32,000 nucleotides of DNA, from positions 810,001 through 842,000 of the forward strand of contig NC_007517.1 in assembly GCF_000012925.1 (NCBI RefSeq). Reading direction: 5' to 3'. Within the stretch, counting starts at the first letter, position 1. Every line of letters begins with the position of its first letter. This document shows, piece after piece, positions 8,991 to 17,132 of the stretch. A program made the translations under genes and the position numbers. This DNA is from Geobacter metallireducens GS-15 (lineage in GTDB: Bacteria; Desulfobacterota; Desulfuromonadia; Geobacterales; Geobacteraceae). Under the pieces are notes generated by a model. It did no database searches. It saw only the letters and a list, made by a program, of their open reading frames with translations, and had not been told where the DNA came from.

Positions 8991-9586
8991 TAGCCCGTCT
9001 CACCGGCATGCTCGCCCACAAGTCCCCCGACGCCATCATCATCGACGTGAACGGTGTCGGCTACCGGGTCCAGATCCCCTTTTCCACCTACTACGAGCTT
9101 CCCGATGAGGGGAAGACGGTTTCCCTTTCCATTTACACCCACGTCAAGGAAGACGCCATCAGCCTCTTCGGGTTCAGGACCGTTGCCGAGAAGGAGTTCT
9201 TCCAGGTTCTCATCTCCGTTTCCGGCATCGGCCCCAAGATGGCCCGGGACATCCTCTCCAACATCCAGCCCGACGAGCTGGCCGGAGCCATCCTCCAGGG
9301 GAATCTGGTCCGGCTCTCGTCGATTCCCGGCATCGGGAAGAAGACCGCCGAACGCCTCGTGCTGGAGCTGAAGGAGAAGGTGCGGAAGATGGATGTAGCT
9401 CCCTCGACAAAGGAGGCGGCCCCCAGCGAGGCACCCCCCGAAGTGGCCGATGACGTGGCCTCCGCCCTGGTGAACCTGGGCTACAAGGAGGCGGTGGTCC
9501 GTAAGGTGCTGGCGGAAATGGCCATCGAATCCGGCGCCTCCACCGAAGCGGTCCTCCGGCAGGCATTGAAGATTCTGATGAAATGA
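8987..9586 (+). CDS. ruvA: Holliday junction branch-migration complex subunit RuvA
   Basis: 199 aa. MIARLTG...[14 protein letters not shown] is an OB-fold N-terminus. HhH motifs ([32 protein letters not shown]) and a C-terminal domain III are present. Confidence 0.9.
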   Translation: MIARLTGMLAHKSPDAIIIDVNGVGYRVQIPFSTYYELPDEGKTVSLSIYTHVKEDAISLFGFRTVAEKEFFQVLISVSGIGPKMARDILSNIQPDELAGAILQGNLVRLSSIPGIGKKTAERLVLELKEKVRKMDVAPSTKEAAPSEAPPEVADDVASALVNLGYKEAVVRKVLAEMAIESGASTEAVLRQALKILMK

Positions 9587-9633
9587 CAATGTAGGGGCAA
9601 TTCATGAATTGCCCTTACGGGTAGACACCCGTT

Positions 9634-10650
9634 ATGACCCGACTCGTTACCCCCGACATAACCGAAGACGACCTGATCGAATCGTCCCTGCGCCCCCGGG
9701 CACTGGACGACTACATCGGCCAGGAGAAGGCCAAGGGAAACCTGCGGGTCTTCATCGATGCGGCGCGGAAGCGGGGCGAGGCCCTGGACCACGTCCTCCT
9801 CTATGGCCCGCCGGGGCTGGGAAAGACGACGCTGGCCAACATCATCGCCTGCGAAATGGGAGTGAACATCAAGTCCACCTCCGGCCCGGTCATTGAGCGC
9901 CCCGGCGACCTGGCGGCGATCCTCACCAACCTGGAGCCCCACGACGTCCTTTTCATCGATGAGATTCACCGTCTCTCCCATGTGGTGGAGGAGATCCTCT
10001 ATCCGGCCATGGAGGACTACCAGCTCGACATCATTATCGGCCAGGGACCCAGCGCCCGGACCATCAAGCTGGACCTTCCGAAGTTCACCCTCGTGGGGGC
10101 CACCACGAGGGCCGGCCTCCTCTCCTCGCCGCTTCGGGATCGGTTCGGGGTCATCTCCCGGCTGGAGTTCTACACCGATGATGAGCTTACCACCATCGTC
10201 ACCCGTTCCGCCCGTATCCTGAACATCGGCATCGAACCGGAGGGTGGCCGGGAACTGGCCCGCCGAAGCCGCGGTACCCCCCGCATCGCCAACCGTCTCC
10301 TGCGCCGGGTGCGGGACTTCGCCCAGGTCCGGGCCGATGGTGTCATCACCGCACCGGTGGTGGACGAATCCCTGAAACTGCTGGAGATCGACGAGAAGGG
10401 GTTCGACCATATGGACCGGACCATTATGCTCACCATCATCGACAAGTTCGGCGGCGGTCCCGTGGGGCTCGACACCATCGCTGCCGCCATCGGCGAGGAG
10501 CGGGACACCATCGAGGACGTCTACGAACCGTTCCTCATCCAGCACGGCTTCATCAACCGCACCCCCCGCGGACGGGTGGCGACCAGGGCGGCCTACGAGC
10601 ACTTCGGCCGCATCGCTCCGCCGTCATCGTCCCAGGGGAATCTTTTCTAA
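9634..10650 (+). CDS. ruvB: Holliday junction branch-migration ATPase RuvB
   Basis: 338 aa. [16 protein letters not shown], Walker [12 protein letters not shown], Walker [26 protein letters not shown]. Confidence 0.95.
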   Translation: MTRLVTPDITEDDLIESSLRPRALDDYIGQEKAKGNLRVFIDAARKRGEALDHVLLYGPPGLGKTTLANIIACEMGVNIKSTSGPVIERPGDLAAILTNLEPHDVLFIDEIHRLSHVVEEILYPAMEDYQLDIIIGQGPSARTIKLDLPKFTLVGATTRAGLLSSPLRDRFGVISRLEFYTDDELTTIVTRSARILNIGIEPEGGRELARRSRGTPRIANRLLRRVRDFAQVRADGVITAPVVDESLKLLEIDEKGFDHMDRTIMLTIIDKFGGGPVGLDTIAAAIGEERDTIEDVYEPFLIQHGFINRTPRGRVATRAAYEHFGRIAPPSSSQGNLF

Positions 10651-10656
10651 CGTCCC

Positions 10657-11388
10657 ATGCAACTTGTCTTCGACTTTCCCGTCAATCCCAAGTATTCCCT
10701 CGACAATTTCGTCATCTGCTCCGGCAACGAAACCGCCTACCGCTTTGTCCGGCGGCTCACGGACGACGAGGGGGCGGAGAACCTCCTCTACCTCCACGGC
10801 CCCTCCGGGTCCGGAAAGACCCACCTTCTCATGGCGATTGGAGCACACTTCAGCGCACGGGCGGGACTCTCGTCGGTTCCCTGCATCTCCTTCAAGGACG
10901 TGGACGAGGTGTATGGCGGAGAATACCCGGCCGAGGCGGTGTCGAAACTGGCCGAGCGGTTTCGCAACGCTCCGGCCCTCCTCGTGGACGACCTCCACCT
11001 CATCCCCGACCAGCAGGCGGTGCGGGTCGAGCTCTGGCAACTCTTCAACGACTTTTACCAGGCCGGCCGCCCCATCGCTATCACCGGCCTGTACCCCCCG
11101 AAAGAACTTCCCACCATTGATGACCACCTCATCTCCCGCCTCCTCTGGGGGCTCGTGGCCCGGGTCGACATCTCCGACGACGACTCCCGCCGTCTCATCA
11201 TGAAAAAACTCGCTGATGACCGCCAGATTGTCCTCCCCGCCGACGTCATCGATTACCTCCTCCTCCACGTCCGCCGCGACGTTCCCTCCCTCATTGAGGC
11301 ACTGGACGCTATCAGCCGGTATGCCCTGGCCGCCAAGCGGAAGGTTTCCGTGCGGCTGGCCCGGGAGGCGCTGGCTTTTCACTCCTAA
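10657..11388 (+). CDS. DnaA-related AAA+ protein (Hda-like regulatory inactivator of DnaA)
   Basis: 243 aa. FVICSGNETAY, Walker A GPSGSGKTHLL, Walker B LLVDDLHLI; the size and layout are typical of Hda/DnaA-domain-III proteins. The SD is weak. Confidence 0.7.
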   Translation: MQLVFDFPVNPKYSLDNFVICSGNETAYRFVRRLTDDEGAENLLYLHGPSGSGKTHLLMAIGAHFSARAGLSSVPCISFKDVDEVYGGEYPAEAVSKLAERFRNAPALLVDDLHLIPDQQAVRVELWQLFNDFYQAGRPIAITGLYPPKELPTIDDHLISRLLWGLVARVDISDDDSRRLIMKKLADDRQIVLPADVIDYLLLHVRRDVPSLIEALDAISRYALAAKRKVSVRLAREALAFHS

Positions 11389-11578
11389 AATTTTTCATCG
11401 TTGTTGAAGTTTACTTGTTGGATTGTCGGATTACTTTACATGCGTGTTGTCGCGTTTTGTTGTCGTAACTGTTCGAAATGACTTGCTATTATGTGATTGG
11501 TGTCGTGCTGTGTCGGATTTGCTTTCAGGTTGATGGATGGTGTTGTTGATATGGCTGGTGATTTCAACTAGTTACGAA

Positions 11579-11594
11579 TGGCATACTCTGTGCT
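11579..11594 (+). promoter_or_regulatory. Candidate sigma-54 (-24/-12) promoter of the PEP-CTERM gene
   Basis: TGGCAT-ACTCT-GTGCT: GG at 11580-81 and GC at 11592-93, giving the exact 12-nt GG-to-GC register of TGGCAC-N5-TTGC. About 75 nt upstream of ATG 11669. Confidence 0.6.
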
Positions 11595-11668
11595 AATTAA
11601 AAATCCAAAGTTCTCACTTTAAGCTTTAAGAAGTAGCGATTTGATCGCATAGAAGAACGGAGGCATTT

Positions 11669-12376
11669 ATGAAAAGGATACTATTTGCGCTTGCGCTGGT
11701 TGCATCAGTGGCAACATCTGGCTGGGCTATTACGTATACTGGTTCACTAGCCAGCAGTCCTGGTGGTGGATTGCTTGCAACTCTGGACTGGGCAGGGATA
11801 ACCACTGCCGGTGCTCCTAATTCTTCCCTGAGTTGGACTGTTGACGATACGACCAATACCGGTCTCTGGACCTACAACTACATCTGGACCGGAACGCGTA
11901 AGGGATTGAGCCACATCGTCATTGAAGTGTCGGATACTTTTACTAAAGACAACATTATGCAAATTTCCAGCGGGTATGATGGGGATGCCCCTAAAACCTA
12001 TTCTCCTTCTGATGCATCCAATGATGGCCTTCCCGCTGACATTTGGGGCATAAAGTGGAATGCTGAGGGAACTGTCTTCAATTTCAGTATCGTTACCGAT
12101 CGTGAGCCCATGTGGGGCGATGTATATGCCCGTGATGGAAAGACTGGCGGATCAGATGTCTATGCGTACAATACCGGCTTCGGCTTCGATACTGCTGCTG
12201 TCATTGCCGATGGCAACGCGTTCGATCAAGCGACCGGTCGCGCATGGGCACTGGTTCCCGATACGGAGAATGGCGGCGGCGGGCAGCAGGAGGTCGTTCC
12301 CGAACCGGGCACGATTATGCTCCTCGGCACCGGTCTGATCGGCCTTGCGCTTTATGGCAGGAGACGGATGAAGTAA
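11669..12376 (+). CDS. PEP-CTERM sorting-domain protein (predicted exosortase substrate)
   Basis: 235 aa. Signal peptide MKRILFALALVASVATSGWA. C-terminus VPEPGTIMLLGTGLIGLALYGRRRMK (PEP motif + TM helix + Arg cluster). GGAGG SD 5 nt upstream. GC is visibly lower than in the flanks. Confidence 0.9.
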   Translation: MKRILFALALVASVATSGWAITYTGSLASSPGGGLLATLDWAGITTAGAPNSSLSWTVDDTTNTGLWTYNYIWTGTRKGLSHIVIEVSDTFTKDNIMQISSGYDGDAPKTYSPSDASNDGLPADIWGIKWNAEGTVFNFSIVTDREPMWGDVYARDGKTGGSDVYAYNTGFGFDTAAVIADGNAFDQATGRAWALVPDTENGGGGQQEVVPEPGTIMLLGTGLIGLALYGRRRMK

Positions 12377-12405
12377 CACACAGCTACAATCCAAGGGATA
12401 CGTTG

Positions 12406-12435
12406 AAGGGGAGACGGCACGCGCTGTCTCCCCTT
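12406..12435 (+). terminator. Stem-loop after the PEP-CTERM gene (possible terminator, weak U-tract)
   Basis: AAGGGGAGAC (12406..12415) pairs with GTCTCCCCTT (12426..12435). No strong T-run follows. Confidence 0.45.
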
Positions 12436-12458
12436 CGTGCGCCTGGGGATGAAATGAG

Positions 12459-12493
12459 AAAGGGGACAGTCAATTGGCTGTCCCCTTTGTTCT
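12459..12493. terminator. Stem-loop between convergent genes, probable terminator of S8 peptidase A (minus strand)
   Basis: AAAGGGGACAG (12459..12469) pairs with CTGTCCCCTTT (12478..12488). On the minus strand it is followed by the T-rich UUCUCAUUUCAUC. Confidence 0.6.
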
Positions 12494-12513
12494 GAATAGT
12501 GGTCGAAGCGGCG

Positions 12514-14277
12514 TTACTTGTAAACCGTTATGGAAGTGGTTGTGGTGTTGCCGGCGGCATCGAAGGCTTTGGACAGTATGGTGTGGGCACCGGTAGCGAT
12601 TTTTCGCGTATTCCAGCTGTAAGACAGGCTGGTGACGCCTGTTTTGCTGGTTGCCAGCTTGCCGTCAATGTAGAGCTCGATGCGGCTTACCCCCACATTG
12701 TCGCCGGCGGTGATGGTGATCGTTGCACTGGTCCCGACCTTTGCGCCGTTGGCCGGGGAGGTGATGGCGACGGTCGGGGCGATGGTGTCGGGAGTGTTTG
12801 AAACCTTGACCGAAACAGCGCTTGATTGCCCCATGTTTCCCGCGCCGTCGAAGGCCACGGCCTCCAGGGTGTAGGAGCCGTCCGCCGTGGTGGTGGTGTC
12901 CCACGAGAAGGCGTAGGGCGCGGTGGTTGCCGTGGCGAAGGGGGCGCCGTTGATGCGGAGCTCCACCTTGGCCACGCCGACGTTGTCAGAAGCCGCCACC
13001 GCCACCGACGCGTTTCCTTTCACGATACTGGAACTCGCGGGGGAGGTGATCGATGCGGTCGGGGCAGTTGTGTCGCCGACCGGCACTGCATTCTGGGCAG
13101 CCGTGAGGCTCTTGAGGACGTTGATCCGGCCGTAGCCGAAGTACTGATCGAAGCCGGGGGTGCCGATGTCGTCGGCATTTTTGGTGATGATGTCCACCAC
13201 CTGGGCATTGGTCAGGGTCGGGTTAACGGAGAGGATCAGCGCGCCGAGCCCCGCCGCGATGGGAGAGGAGAAGGAGGTGCCGCTCACGCTCGCATAGCCG
13301 CCGCCGTTGGCGGTGGTGAGGATGGAGACGCCGGGGGCCGCGATATCGATGGTGGAGCCGTAGTTGGAAAAGCTCGCCTTGGCGTCGTTGGCGTCGGTGG
13401 CCGCCACCGACACGGCGTTGGTGCAGGCGGCCGGATAGTAGGGGGTGCTCGTGTTGTAGTTGGCTGCCGAGGCAAAGACAATGGCTCCTTTGTTCCAGGC
13501 GTAGTTCACGGCATTCTGGAGAGTCGAGGAACTGGTGGAGCCGCCGTAGCTGAGATTGATGATGCGGACCCCATGATCGGCGGCGTAGGTGATGGCACTG
13601 GCCATGCGCGAGTAGGTAGCGTAGCCGGTGGAATCCGCGATCACCAGGGGCATGATCTGGTTCTGCCACGCCACGCCGGCAACCCCGGCGCCGTTATTAC
13701 CCATGGCCCCGGCCGAGCCTGCGACCTTTGTCCCGTGCCCGGTCACATCGTGGGTATCGGTGTTGTTGAAGACAAAGTTGAAACCGGGGAGAAGCTTGCC
13801 GGCCAGGTCCGGGTGAGATGGATCGACGCCCGAGTCCAGGATGGCGATGTCAACGGAACTGGAGCCGGTGGAGATGTCCCATCCCGCCGGAGCGGCAATC
13901 TTGGGGAGATGCCACTGGGAGGCGTAGGAGGGATCGTTGGGAACCATTGTCTGCTCAGCCAGGTAATTCTCTTCGACGAACGTTACGTGGGGATTCTTGG
14001 CCAGAGCAGCCTTGACCTTTGCCCGGGCAGCAGCAGGGACCTTGATCCTCTTTACCCGGATCGGAGCGATTTCCTCGGCTTCCCGGGCGCCGGCTCCCTT
14101 GAGGACGGTGTCGGCATTGGCCTTGTGGACGCCAGCCTTGAACTGGACAAGGAGCTCATCGGTTACGAACTTCTGGGGAGGGGGTGCGGCACCGGCCATT
14201 CCCGCTGCCAGGCAGAGGATGCCGAGGGTGCCAAGGTGAAGGGTGATCTTTCCACAAACTCGTTTCGTGCAGCGCAT
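12514..14277 (-). CDS. Secreted subtilisin-like serine peptidase (S8 family) with I9-like propeptide and two C-terminal Ig-like domains, paralog A
   Basis: 587 aa. Signal peptide ...LCLAAGMAGA/APPPQ. Catalytic triad contexts AILDSGVD, HDVTGHGTKVAG, SGTSFSSPIAAG. The C-terminus has 2 x (D-T-APT-x-I-T-SP...DNVGV..VE..I.G....WNT/WDT...G.H/Y.L...A.D.AGN). GGAGGTG SD upstream. Confidence 0.9.
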   Translation of the reverse strand: MRCTKRVCGKITLHLGTLGILCLAAGMAGAAPPPQKFVTDELLVQFKAGVHKANADTVLKGAGAREAEEIAPIRVKRIKVPAAARAKVKAALAKNPHVTFVEENYLAEQTMVPNDPSYASQWHLPKIAAPAGWDISTGSSSVDIAILDSGVDPSHPDLAGKLLPGFNFVFNNTDTHDVTGHGTKVAGSAGAMGNNGAGVAGVAWQNQIMPLVIADSTGYATYSRMASAITYAADHGVRIINLSYGGSTSSSTLQNAVNYAWNKGAIVFASAANYNTSTPYYPAACTNAVSVAATDANDAKASFSNYGSTIDIAAPGVSILTTANGGGYASVSGTSFSSPIAAGLGALILSVNPTLTNAQVVDIITKNADDIGTPGFDQYFGYGRINVLKSLTAAQNAVPVGDTTAPTASITSPASSSIVKGNASVAVAASDNVGVAKVELRINGAPFATATTAPYAFSWDTTTTADGSYTLEAVAFDGAGNMGQSSAVSVKVSNTPDTIAPTVAITSPANGAKVGTSATITITAGDNVGVSRIELYIDGKLATSKTGVTSLSYSWNTRKIATGAHTILSKAFDAAGNTTTTSITVYK

Positions 14278-14438
14278 GCGCCACCTCCATGGGTTGAGTT
14301 TGCTTCCTACCTCAGAAACAGACCCCCGTACCTATGGAAGGCGGGCGTTGCTCTTCGACAACCCGGCTATCCTGACCATGGAGTCAGGACCCGTGGCTTT
14401 GCGTCCCCCGGTTACCCGAAGTTTGCCCTTTCGGAAAC
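13057..14438. repeat. Direct repeat copy 1 (about 1.38 kb, near-identical to 15912..17293)
   Basis: By-eye alignment at a constant offset of 2855 nt. Identity begins at the codons for ...VPVGDTTAPT and runs through the catalytic domain, the start codon and 161 nt of leader. It ends abruptly at 14438/17293. Confidence 0.9.
14353..14438 (-). promoter_or_regulatory. GEMM-I (c-di-GMP / 3'3'-cGAMP class) riboswitch aptamer, copy 1, in the leader of S8 peptidase A
   Basis: Minus-strand RNA: GUUUCCGAAAGGGCAAAC-UUCGG-GUAA-CCGGG-GGACGCAAAGCC-ACGGGU-CCUGAC-UCCAUG-GUCAGG-AUAGCCGGGUUGUCGAAG. It contains the conserved GGCAAAC and GACGCAAAGCC blocks, a GNRA-capped P2, a P3 hairpin and the AGCCGGGUU block in canonical order. 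Confidence 0.75.
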
Positions 14439-14497
14439 TTTCTTCTTTATCTGTTACTACATTTCGGCGTCAGGATGGATAACTTGAGGGGAAAAAA

Positions 14498-14513
14498 TGT
14501 GACTTGAATCACA
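14498..14513. promoter_or_regulatory. CRP/FNR-superfamily-type palindrome TGTGA-N6-TCACA upstream of S8 peptidase A leader
   Basis: TGTGACTTGAATCACA is a perfect match to the CRP core half-sites. It lies about 67 nt upstream of the aptamer 5' end and overlaps the stop codon of the Crp/Fnr-family gene. Confidence 0.5.
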
Positions 14514-15225
14514 AAAACGGGGGATTGAGAAAGAGGGTAGGTTTGAGGAGCATTCTTCTGCTGGCGAGGAGTTCGATCTCTCCAGCACGGGAGAAGCGGC
14601 CCAAAATGCGGCTTGCCGTCTCCCGGGATACCGATGCGTAACCGGCGACGGTGCGGTGGGTTAGCTTGATGCTGAGAATTTTGCCACGAGAATCGTCCAC
14701 GCCATACTGGGTTCCGAGATATTTGAGGACTCCCCTGACCTTCTGCTCGGCGGAGGAAAAGCGTGACAGCTTCATGAGGAACCATGATTCGCGCAGCCGC
14801 GAACAAAGCACGCTGATGATCTGCCGCAGCATCCGGTCGTTGGTGAGAATCTGGTTTTCAAAGGCTGTCCGGGCAATGAGGCCGACGGTGGCGTCTTCGT
14901 GGGCGATGAGCGTTGCCGGAGACGTGCGGCCGTCAAGGAGGGCCATTTCGCCGAAAAACGCCCCCTTGCGATGAATGGCAAGGACCTGTTCCGTGCCGTC
15001 GTTGCTGTGCTGGACTACCCGCACTTTTCCCGCAAGGACGAGGTACATGTAGTTGGCTGTATCGGCTTCATGAAGGATGGTGCGATTTTTCGGAAAGACC
15101 TGGATCTCAATGAGCTTGCTTAACGTATTGATGTCATCGGGTGGGAGGGGGGCAAAGAGCGGAATGGCGCTCAGAATCGATTGGAGAGGGGCCGGTATGG
15201 TTGTACGTGGATTCTTGGAGTTCAT
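14509..15225 (-). CDS. Crp/Fnr-family transcriptional regulator (cNMP-binding domain + C-terminal HTH)
   Basis: cNMP-binding signature GAFFGEMALLDGRTSPATLIAHEDATV. HTH: THRTVAGYASVSRETASRILGRFSRAGEI. Start placed at ATG 15225 because a strong sigma-70-type promoter lies inside the longer GTG-initiated ORF (15288). Confidence 0.85.
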   Translation of the reverse strand: MNSKNPRTTIPAPLQSILSAIPLFAPLPPDDINTLSKLIEIQVFPKNRTILHEADTANYMYLVLAGKVRVVQHSNDGTEQVLAIHRKGAFFGEMALLDGRTSPATLIAHEDATVGLIARTAFENQILTNDRMLRQIISVLCSRLRESWFLMKLSRFSSAEQKVRGVLKYLGTQYGVDDSRGKILSIKLTHRTVAGYASVSRETASRILGRFSRAGEIELLASRRMLLKPTLFLNPPFL

Positions 15226-15249
15226 GGTGAGATACCTGTCGGTTGCCGG

Positions 15250-15277
15250 ATTATAATGCAAGTATAGCAGCCTTGAA
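15250..15277 (-). promoter_or_regulatory. Sigma-70-type promoter of the Crp/Fnr-family gene
   Basis: On the minus strand: TTCAAG (15277..15272), 16-nt spacer, TATAAT (15255..15250). About 25 nt upstream of ATG 15225. Confidence 0.55.
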
Positions 15278-15304
15278 GATGAATACACGTAACAGGGTAA
15301 CAGA

Positions 15305-15346
15305 CAAAAAAAGAGGGGAGGGGCTGACTCTGCCCTCTCCCCTTTT
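15305..15346 (-). terminator. Intrinsic terminator of S8 peptidase B
   Basis: On the minus strand, an imperfect GC-rich hairpin (GGGGAGAGGGC-AGAGUCA-GCCCCUCCCCUC) is followed by U8 (plus-strand A-run 15306..15313). About 22 nt after the stop at 15369. Confidence 0.7.
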
Positions 15347-15368
15347 CGTTAACCCGCAATGGAGTTGA

Positions 15369-17132
15369 TTACTTGTAGACGGTAATGGTGGTCGTACCGA
15401 CGTTTCCGAACCAGTCGAAGGCCTTGGCGAGAATTGTGTGAGTGCCCGTGGCTACCTTGCGGGTGTTCCATGCATAGGTGAGGGTGTTGGTGCCGCTTGC
15501 CGTGGTGAGGAGGAGTCCGTCAAAGTAAAGTTCAATCTTTCTGACCGCCAGATTGTCTTTTGCTGAAATGCTGACCGTCGTTTTTGTGCCGAGCGTGATG
15601 CCCGTTGCCGGCGCTGTGATGGAGACCGTGGGCGCAATGGTGTCCAGTGAGTTGTACACGACGATTCCCGCTAGGCTCAATTCTCCCACGTTCCCGGCGG
15701 CGTCATAGGCTTTGACCGCGATAGTGTAGATGCTGTCGGGCAGGGTGGTTGTGTCCCATGAGAAGCTGAAGGGGGATGTGTTACTGGAGGCGTACAGTGC
15801 GCCGTTTATGTAAAGCTCTATCCGGGTGACACCGATGTTGTCGGCTGCCGCAACGTTGACTGTTACCGTTCCCTTGACCGTCGAGCCGGCGTTGAGCGAT
15901 GGGATTGAGACTGTCGGGGCAGTTGTGTCGCCGACCGGCACCGCATTCTGGGCAGCCGTGAGGCTCTTGAGGACGTTGATCCGGCCGTAGCCGAAGTACT
16001 GATCGAAGCCGGGGGTGCCGATGTCGTCGGCATTTTTGGTGATGATGTCCACCACCTGGGCATTGGTCAGGGTCGGGTTAACGGAGAGGATCAGCGCGCC
16101 GAGCCCCGCTGCGATGGGAGAGGAGAAGGAGGTGCCGCTCACGCTCGCATAGCCGCCGCCGTTGGCGGTGGTGAGGATGGAGACGCCAGGGGCGGTGATA
16201 TCGATGGTGGAACCGTAGTTGGAGAAGCTCGCCTTGGCGTCGTTGGCGTCGGTGGCCGCCACCGACACGGCGTTGGTGCAGGCGGCCGGATAGTAGGGGG
16301 TGCTCGTGTTGTAGTTGGCTGCCGAGGCAAAGACAATGGCCCCTTTGTTCCAGGCGTAGTTCACGGCATTCTGGAGAGTCGAGGAACTGGTGGAGCCGCC
16401 GTAGCTGAGATTGATGATGCGGACCCCATGATCGGCGGCGTAGGTGATGGCACTGGCCATGCGCGAGTAGGTAGCGTAGCCGGTGGAATCCGCGATCACC
16501 AGGGGCATGATCTGGTTCTGCCACGCCACGCCGGCAACCCCGGCGCCGTTATTACCCATGGCCCCGGCCGAGCCTGCGACCTTTGTCCCGTGCCCGGTCA
16601 CATCGTGGGTATCGGTGTTGTTGAAGACAAAGTTGAAACCGGGGAGAAGCTTGCCGGCCAGGTCCGGGTGAGATGGATCGACGCCCGAGTCCAGGATGGC
16701 GATGTCAACGGAACTGGAGCCGGTGGAGATGTCCCATCCCGCCGGAGCGGCAATCTTGGGGAGATGCCACTGGGAGGCGTAGGAGGGATCGTTGGGAACC
16801 ATTGTCTGCTCAGCCAGGTAATTCTCTTCGACGAACGTTACGTGGGGATTCTTGGCCAGAGCAGCCTTGACCTTTGCCCGGGCAGCAGCAGGGACCTTGA
16901 TCCTCTTTACCCGGATCGGAGCGATTTCCTCGGCTTCCTGGGCGCCGGCTCCCTTGAGGACGGTGTCTGAATTGTCCTTGTGGACGCCAGCCTTGAACTG
17001 GACGAGGAGCTCATCGGTTACGAACTTCTGGGGAGGGGGGGCGGCACCGGCCATTCCCGCTGCCAGGCAGAGGATACCGAGGGTGCCAAGGTGAAGGGTG
17101 ATCTTCCCACAAACTCGTTTCGTGCAGCGCAT
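15369..17132 (-). CDS. Secreted subtilisin-like serine peptidase (S8 family) with two C-terminal Ig-like domains, paralog B
   Basis: 587 aa, the same length as paralog A. Only 4 aa differences over the first ~405 residues (signal, propeptide, catalytic domain), but roughly half identity over the last ~180 residues (Ig-like domains). Confidence 0.9.
   Translation of the reverse strand: MRCTKRVCGKITLHLGTLGILCLAAGMAGAAPPPQKFVTDELLVQFKAGVHKDNSDTVLKGAGAQEAEEIAPIRVKRIKVPAAARAKVKAALAKNPHVTFVEENYLAEQTMVPNDPSYASQWHLPKIAAPAGWDISTGSSSVDIAILDSGVDPSHPDLAGKLLPGFNFVFNNTDTHDVTGHGTKVAGSAGAMGNNGAGVAGVAWQNQIMPLVIADSTGYATYSRMASAITYAADHGVRIINLSYGGSTSSSTLQNAVNYAWNKGAIVFASAANYNTSTPYYPAACTNAVSVAATDANDAKASFSNYGSTIDITAPGVSILTTANGGGYASVSGTSFSSPIAAGLGALILSVNPTLTNAQVVDIITKNADDIGTPGFDQYFGYGRINVLKSLTAAQNAVPVGDTTAPTVSIPSLNAGSTVKGTVTVNVAAADNIGVTRIELYINGALYASSNTSPFSFSWDTTTLPDSIYTIAVKAYDAAGNVGELSLAGIVVYNSLDTIAPTVSITAPATGITLGTKTTVSISAKDNLAVRKIELYFDGLLLTTASGTNTLTYAWNTRKVATGTHTILAKAFDWFGNVGTTTITVYK

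Noticed and set aside
11440-11560. Several Cys/Val-rich mini-ORFs (e.g. MRVVAFCCRNCSK, MTCYYVIGVVLCRICFQVDGWCC)
   Set aside because: They are a by-product of the G/T-rich composition. None has an SD or a convincing start context. The region is treated as regulatory DNA instead.
14278-14352. Intrinsic terminator as expression platform of the riboswitch
   Set aside because: No GC-rich hairpin followed by a U-run is present between the aptamer and the start codon. An SD-sequestering alternative pairing seems more likely, but it is unproven.
12826-14487. 553-aa plus-strand ORF (and its twin 16428..16970)
   Set aside because: It is antisense to the S8 peptidase genes, which have clear catalytic motifs. 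The translation is Gly/Arg/Val-rich nonsense.
15226-15288. GTG-initiated 21-codon extension of the Crp/Fnr-family ORF
   Set aside because: A TTCAAG-N16-TATAAT promoter lies inside this extension, so transcription most likely starts downstream of the GTG.
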